This document shows, piece by piece, positions 56,781 through 64,000 of a DNA stretch of 64,000 nt. A program made the translations under genes and the position numbers. This DNA is from Paragordius varius (taxonomy: Eukaryota; Animalia; Nematomorpha), in NCBI GenBank assembly GCA_964247055.1, contig OZ176058.1:3906001-3970000 (forward strand), read 5' to 3'. Position 1 is the first letter of the stretch, and every line of letters begins with the position of its first letter. The notes under the pieces are model-generated. The model was not told the origin of the DNA and did not search any database. It saw nothing but the letters and a program-made list of their open reading frames with translations.

Positions 56781-59700
56781 CATATATTTTCAACAATCAA
56801 ATAATATTTAGAACAATCAAAATATGTTTTCATTTAACTTTTAGTGTTTCCAACAATCAAACATATATTTTCAACAATCAAATAATTTTTCCAACAATCA
56901 CAATATGTTTTCTTTTAAAATTTTAGTGTTTCCAACAATCAAACATATATTTTCAACAATCAAATAGTTTTTCCAACAATCATAAAATGTTGCCCCATAG
57001 CTTTTTATTGTTTCCAACAATCAAATTATATTATCTTTTAACTTTTTATTGTTTCCAACAATCAAACATATATCAACAATCAAAAAATTTTTCCACCAAC
57101 CAAATTATGTTGTCTTTTAACTTTTTAGTGTTTCCAACAATCAAACATATATTTTCAACAATAAAATATTTTTTTCAACAATAAAAACATGTTTTCTTTT
57201 AACTTTTTAGTGTTTCCAACAATCAAACATATATTTTCAACAATCAAATAATTTTTCCAACAATCAAAATATGTTGCCCAATAGCTTTTTAGTGTTTCCA
57301 ACAATCAAACATATATTTTCAACAATCAAATAATTTTTCCAACAATCAAAATATGTTGCCCAATAGCATTTAGTATTTCCAACAATCAAACATATATTTT
57401 CAACAATCAAATAATTTTTCCAACAATCAAAATATGTTGTCTTTTAACTTTTTATTGTTTCCAACAATCAAACATATATTTTCAAAAATCAAATAATTTT
57501 TCCAACAATCAAATTATGTTGTCTTTTAACTTTTTAGTGTTTCCAACAATCAAACTTATATTTTCAACAATAAAATATTTTTTTCAACAATCAAAATATG
57601 TTTTCTTTTAACTGTTTAGTGTTTCCAACAATCAAACATATATTTTCAACAATCAAATAATTTTTCCACCAACCAAATTATGTTGTCTTTTAACTTTTTA
57701 GTGTTTCCAACAATCAAACTTATATTTTCAACAATAAAATATTTTTTTCAACAATCAAAATATGTTTTCTTTTAACTGTTTAGTGTTTCCAACAATCAAA
57801 CATATATTTTCAACAATCAAATAATTTTAACAATCAAAATATGTTCCCCAATAGCTTTATAGTGGTCCCAACAATCAAACATATATTTTCAACAATCAAA
57901 TAATTTTTGCAACAATAAAAATATGTTGCCCAATAGCTTTTTAGTATTCCCAACAATCAAACATATATTTTCAACAATCAAATAATTTTTCCAACAATCA
58001 AAATATGTGCTTTTAACTTTTTATTGTTTCCAACAATCAAACATATATTTTCAACAATCAAATAATTTTTCCAACAATCATAATATGTTGCCCCATAGCT
58101 TTTATTGTTTCCAACAATCAAATTATATTATCTTTTAACTTTTTATTGTTTCCAACAATAAAACATATATTTTCAACAATCAAATAATTTTTCCAACAAT
58201 GAAATTATGTTTTCTTTTAACTTTTTATTGTCAACAATCAAACATATATTTTCAACAATCAAATAATATTTCCAAAAATCAAAATATGTTGCCCAATAGC
58301 TTATTATTCCCAACAATCAAACATATATTTTAAACAATCAAATAATTTTTCCAACAATCAAATTATGTTTTATTTTAACTTTTTAGTGTTTCCAACAATC
58401 AAACATATTTTTTCAACAATCAAATAATTTTTTCAACATTAATATGTTGCCCAATAGCTTTTTAGTGTTTCCAACAATCTAACATATATTTTCAACAATC
58501 AAATAATTTTTCCAAAAATAAAATTATGTTTCGTTTTTTAGTGTTTCCAACAATCAAACATATATTTTCAACAATCAAATAATTTTTGCAACAATCAATA
58601 TATATTTTCTTTTAACTTTTAATGTTTCCACCAATCAAACATATATTTTCAACAATCAAATAATTTTTGAAACAATCAAAATATGTTGCCCAATAGCTTT
58701 TTAGTATTCCCAACAATCAAACATATATTTTCAACAATCAAATAATATTTAGAACAATCAAAATATGTTTTCTTTTAACTTTTAGTGTTTCCAACAATCA
58801 AACATATATTTTCAACAATCAAATAATTTTTCCAACAATCAAAATATGTTGCCCAATAGCTTTTTAGTATTCCCAACAAACAAACATATATTTTCAACAA
58901 TCAAATAATTTTTCCAACAATCAAAATATGTTTTCTTTTAACTTTTAGTGTTTCCAAAAATTAAACATATATTTTCAACAATCAAATAATTTTTCCAACA
59001 ATCAAAATATGTTGTCGTTTAACTTTTTAGTGTTTCCAACAATCAAACATATTTTTTCAACAATCAAATAATTTTTTCAACAATCATATGTTGCCCAATA
59101 GCTTTTTAGTGTTTCCATCAATCTAACATATATTTTCAACAATCAAATAATTTTCTAATTATGTTTTCTTTTTTTAGTGTTTCCAACAATCAAACAAATA
59201 TTTTCAACAATCAAATAATTTTTGCAACAATCATAATATGTTGCCCAATAGCTTTTTAGTATTCCCAACAATCAAAAATTTATTTTCAACAATCAAATAA
59301 TTTTTCCAACAATCATAATATGTTTTCTTTTAACTTTTAGTGTTTCCAACAATCAGACATATATTTTCAACAATCTAATAATTTTTCCTACAAACAAAAT
59401 TTGTTGTCTTTTAACTTTTTATTGTTTCCAACAATCAAACATATATTTTCAAAAATCAAATAATTTTTCCAACAATCAAATTATGTTGTCTTTTAACTTT
59501 TTAGTGTTTCCAACAATCAAACATATATTTTCAACAATCAAATAATTTTACCAACAATCAAAATATGATGCCCAATAGCTTTTTAGTGTTTCCAACAATC
59601 AAACATTTATTTGCACAATCAAATAATTTTTACAACAATCAAAATATGTTTTCTTTTAACTTTTTAGTGTTTCCAACAATCAAACATATATTTTCAACAA

Positions 59701-62700
59701 TCGAATATTTTTTCCAACAATCAAAATATGTTGCCCAATAGCTTTTTATTGTTTCCAACAATCAAACATATATTTTCAACAATCAAATAATTTTTCAAAC
59801 AATCAAAATATGTTGCCCAATAGCTTTTTAGTGTTTCCAACAATCAAACATATATTTTCAACAATCAAATAATTTTTCCAACAATCAAAATATGTTGCCC
59901 AATAGCATTTAGTATTTCCAACAATCAAACATATATTTTCAACAATCAAATAATTTTTCCAACAATCAAAATATGTTGTCTTTTAACTTTTTATTGTTTC
60001 CAACAATCAAACATATATTTTCAAAAATCAAATAATTTTTCCAACAATCAAATTATGTTGTCTTTTAACTTTTTAGTGTTTCCAACAATCAAACATATAT
60101 TTTCAACAATCAAATAATTTTACCAACAATCAAAATATGATGCCCAATAGCTTTTTAGTGTTTCCAACAATCAAACATATATTTGCACAATCAAATAATT
60201 TTTACAACAATCAAAATATGTTTTCTTTTAACTTTTTAGTGTTTCCAACAATCAAACATATATTTTCAACAATCGAATAATTTTTCAAACAATCAAAATA
60301 TGTTGCCCAATAGCTTTTTAGTGTTTCCAACAACAAACATATATTTTCAACAATCAAATAATTTTTCAAACAATCAAAATATGTTGCCCAATAGCTTTTT
60401 AGTGTTTCCAACAATCAAACATATATTTTCAACAATCAAATAAATTTTCCAACAAGCAAAATCTGTTGCTTAATAGCATTTAGTATTTCCAACAATCAAA
60501 CATATATTTTCAACAATCAAATAATTTTTCCAACAATCAAAATATGTTTTCTTTTAACTTTTTAGTGTTTCAAACAATCAAACATATATTTTCAACAATC
60601 AAATAATTTTTCCAACAATCATAAAATGTTGCCCCATAGCTTTTTATTGTTTCCAACAATCAAATTATATTATCTTTTAACTTTTTATTGTTTCCAACAA
60701 TCAAACATATATCAACAATCAAAAAATTTTTCCACCAACCAAATTATGTTGTCTTTTAACTTTTTAGTGTTTCCAACAATCAAACTTATATTTTCAACAA
60801 TAAAATATTTTTTTCAACAATCAAAATATGTTTTCTTTTAACTTTTTAGTGTTTCCAACAATCAAACATATATTTTCAACAATCAAATAATTTTAACAAT
60901 CAAAATATGTTCCCCAATAGCTTTATAGTGGTCCCAACAATCAAACATATATTTTCAACAATCAAATAATTTTTGCAACAATATAAATATGTTGCCCAAT
61001 AGCTTTTTAGTAATCCCAACAATCAAACATATATTTTCAACAATCAAATAAATTTTCCAACAATCAAAATATGTGCTTTTAACTTTTTATTGTTTCCAAC
61101 AATCAAACATATATTTTCAACAATCAAATAATTTTTCCAACAATCATAATATGTTGCCCCATAGCTTTTTATTGTTTCCAACAATCAAATTATATTATCT
61201 TTTAACTTTTTATTGTTTCCAACAATCAAACATATATTTTCAACAATCAAATAATTTTTCCAACAATGAAATTATGTTTTCTTTTAACTTTTTATTGTCA
61301 ACAATCAAACATATATTTTCAACAATCAAATAATATTTCCAAAAATCAAAATATGTTGCCCAATAGCTTCTTATTCCCAACAATCAAACATATATTTTCA
61401 ACAATCAAATAATTTTTCCAACAATCAAATTATGTTTTATTTTAACTTTTTAGTGTTTCCAACAATCAAACATATTTTTTCAACAATCAAATAATTTTTT
61501 CAACATTAATATGTTGCCCCATAGCTTTTTAGTGTTTCCAACAATCAAACATATATTTTCAACAATCAAATAATTTTTCCAACAATCAAAATATGTTTTC
61601 TTTTAACTTTTAGTGTTTCCAACAATCATACATATATTTTCAACAATCAAATAATTTTTCCAACAATCAAAATATGTTGCCCAATAGCTTTTTAGTATTC
61701 CCAACAAACAAACATATATTTTCAACAATCAAATAATTTTTCCAACAATCAAAATATGTTTTCTTTTAACTTTTAGTGTTTCCAACAATCAAACATATAT
61801 TTTCAACAATCAAATAATTTTTCCAACAATCAAATGTTGTCTTTTAACTTTTTATTGTTTCCCACAATCAAATAATTTTTTCAACAATCAAATTATGTTG
61901 TCTACTTTTTGGTGTTTCGAACAATCAAACATATTTTTTCAACAATCAAATAATTTTTCCAACAATCATAAAATGTTGCCCCATAGCTTTTTATTGTTTC
62001 CAACAATCAAATTATATTATCTTTTAACTTTTTATTGTTTCCAACAATCAAACATATATTTTCAACAATCAAATAATATTTAGAACAATCAAAATATGTT
62101 TTCATTTAACTTTTAGTGTTTCCAACAATCAAACATATATTTTCAACAATCAAATAATTTTTCCAACAATCAAAATATGTTTTCTTTTAAAATTTTAGTG
62201 TTTCCAACAATCAAACATATATTTTCAACAATCAAATAATTTTTCCAACAATCATAAAATGTTGCCCCATAGCTTTTTATTGTTTCCAACAATCAAATTA
62301 TATTATCTTTTAACTTTTTATTGTTTCCAACAATCAAACATATATCATCAATCAAAAAATTTTTCCACCAACCAAATTATGTTGTCTTTTAACTTTTTAG
62401 TGTTTCCAACAATCAAACTTATATTTTCAACAATAAAATATTTTTTTCAACAATCAAAACATGTTTTCTTTTAACTTTATAGTGTTTCCAACAATCAAAC
62501 ATATATTTTCAACAATCAAATAATTTTTCCAACAATCAAAATATGTTGCCCAATAGCTTTTTAGTGTTTCCAACAATCAAACATATATTTTCAACAATCA
62601 AATAATTTTTCCAACAATCAAAATATGTTGCCCAATAGCATTTAGTATTTCCAACAATCAAACATATATTTTCAACAATCAAATAATTTTTCCAACAATC

Positions 62701-64000
62701 AAAATATGTTGTCTTTTAACTTTTTATTGTTTCCAACAATCAAACATATATTTTCAAAAATCAAATAATTTTTCCAACAATCAAATTATGTTGTCTTTTA
62801 ACTTTTTAGTGTTTCCAACAATCAAACATATATTTTCAACAATCAAAAAATTTTTCCACCAACCAAATTATGTTGTCTTTTAACTTTTTAGTGTTTCCAA
62901 CAATCAAACTTATATTTTCAACAATAAAATATTTTTTTCAACAATCAAAATATGTTTTCTTTTAACTGTTTAGTGTTTCCAACAATCTAACATATATTTT
63001 CAACAATCAAATAATTTTTGCAACAATAAAAATATGTTGCCCAATAGCTTTTTAGTATTCCCAACAATCAAACATATATTTTCAACAATCAAATAATTTT
63101 TCCAACAATCAAAATATGTGCTTTTAACTTTTTATTGTTTCCAACAATCAAACATATAATTTCAACAATCAAATAATTTTTCCAACAATCATAATATGTT
63201 GCCCCATAGCTTTTATTGTTTCCAACAATCAAATTATATTATCTTTTAACTTTTTATTGTTTCCAACAATAAAACATATATTTTCAACAATCAAATAATT
63301 TTTCCAACAATGAAATTATGTTTTCTTTTAACTTTTTATTGTCAACAATCAAACATATATTTTCAACAATCAAATAATATTTCCAAAAATCAAAATATGT
63401 TGCGCAATAGCTTCTTATTCCCAACAATCAAACATATATTTTCAACAATCAAATAATTTTTCCAACAATCAAATTATGTTTTATTTTAACTTTTTAGTGT
63501 TTCCAACAATCAAACATATTTTTACAACAATCAAATAATTTTTTCAACATTAATATGTTGCCCAATAGCTTTTTAGTGTTTCCAACAATCTAACATATAT
63601 TTTCAACAATCAAATAATTTTTCCAAAAATAAAATTATGTTTCGTTTTTTAGTGTTTCCAACAATCAAACATATATTTTCAACAATCAAATAATTTTTGC
63701 AACAATCAATATATATTTTCTTTTAACTTTTAGTGTTTCCACCAATCAAACATATATTTTCAACAATCAAATAATTTTTGAAACAATCAAAATATGTTGC
63801 CCAATAGCTTTTTAGTATTCCCAACAATCAAACATATATTTTCAACAATCAAATAATATTTAGAACAATCAAAATATGTTTTCTTTTAACTTTTAGTGTT
63901 TCCAAAAATTAAACATATATTTTCAACAATCAAATAATTTTTCCAACAATCAAAATATGTTGTCGTTTAACTTTTTAGTGTTTCCAACAATAAAACATAT
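56763..64000 (+). repeat. Same 82-bp satellite array, right of retroelement, running off the window end
   Basis: Same monomer, orientation and variant landmarks as the left arm. The array resumes in register at the right TSD. Confidence 0.98.
61840..62210 (+). repeat. Empty (pre-insertion) paralog of the RTE target locus
   Basis: Shares rare variants with both RTE flanks: TCTACTTTTTGGTGTTTCGAAC (about 53217 and 61901), TTTCATTTAAC (about 56828 and 62100), CTTTTAAAATTTTAG. Carries one copy of the TSD sequence at 62034-62052. Confidence 0.9.

Noticed and set aside
55013-56783. Four minus-strand ORFs of 66-77 aa inside the retroelement
   Set aside because: Antisense shadows of the long ORF with no recognisable motifs.
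56738-62474. Short ORFs in the right satellite arm
   Set aside because: Same repeat-derived artefacts; 56738-56926 only spans the tail/TSD junction.
1-64000. CRISPR-like appearance (GTTTCCAACAATCAAA repeats with variable intervening sequence)
   Set aside because: The intervening segments are a few recurring alleles rather than unique spacers. There are no cas genes or leader, and the context is eukaryotic (LINE).
1-64000. Telomeric repeat or telomere-specific retroelement array
   Set aside because: No TTAGG/TTAGGG-type tracts, only one element, and the ORF is RTE-like rather than TRAS/SART/HeT-A-like.
1-64000. CENP-B box in the monomer
   Set aside because: The canonical monomer has no CpG and nothing resembles TTCG....A..CGGG.

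Overview
Eukaryotic AT-rich satellite DNA: about 60.6 kb of one head-to-tail tandem repeat, interrupted once by an apparently full-length RTE-clade non-LTR retrotransposon (about 53369-56762, + strand). The canonical monomer is 82 bp (CAACAATCAAACATATATTTT-CAACAATCAAATAATTTTTC-CAACAATCAAAATATGTTGC-CCAATAGCTTTTTAGTGTTTC; about 26% GC; C:G 16:5). It is built from about 20.5-bp subunits and occurs in two discrete classes at one short box. Monomers are arranged in variable higher-order units (about 2-3.3 kb), with near-identical tandem duplications of 444 bp to about 9 kb. The retroelement encodes one uninterrupted 974-aa APE endonuclease plus reverse transcriptase ORF and has a 17-19 bp target-site duplication, a (TAA)n tail and almost no 3' UTR. 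Its RT motif reads YAYD instead of YADD, so this copy is probably catalytically dead. An empty paralog of the insertion site lies 5272 bp downstream of the right TSD, in the same window. All other listed ORFs are artefacts. I found no prokaryotic system, CRISPR array or RNA gene. The host species and any centromeric role cannot be determined from the sequence alone.
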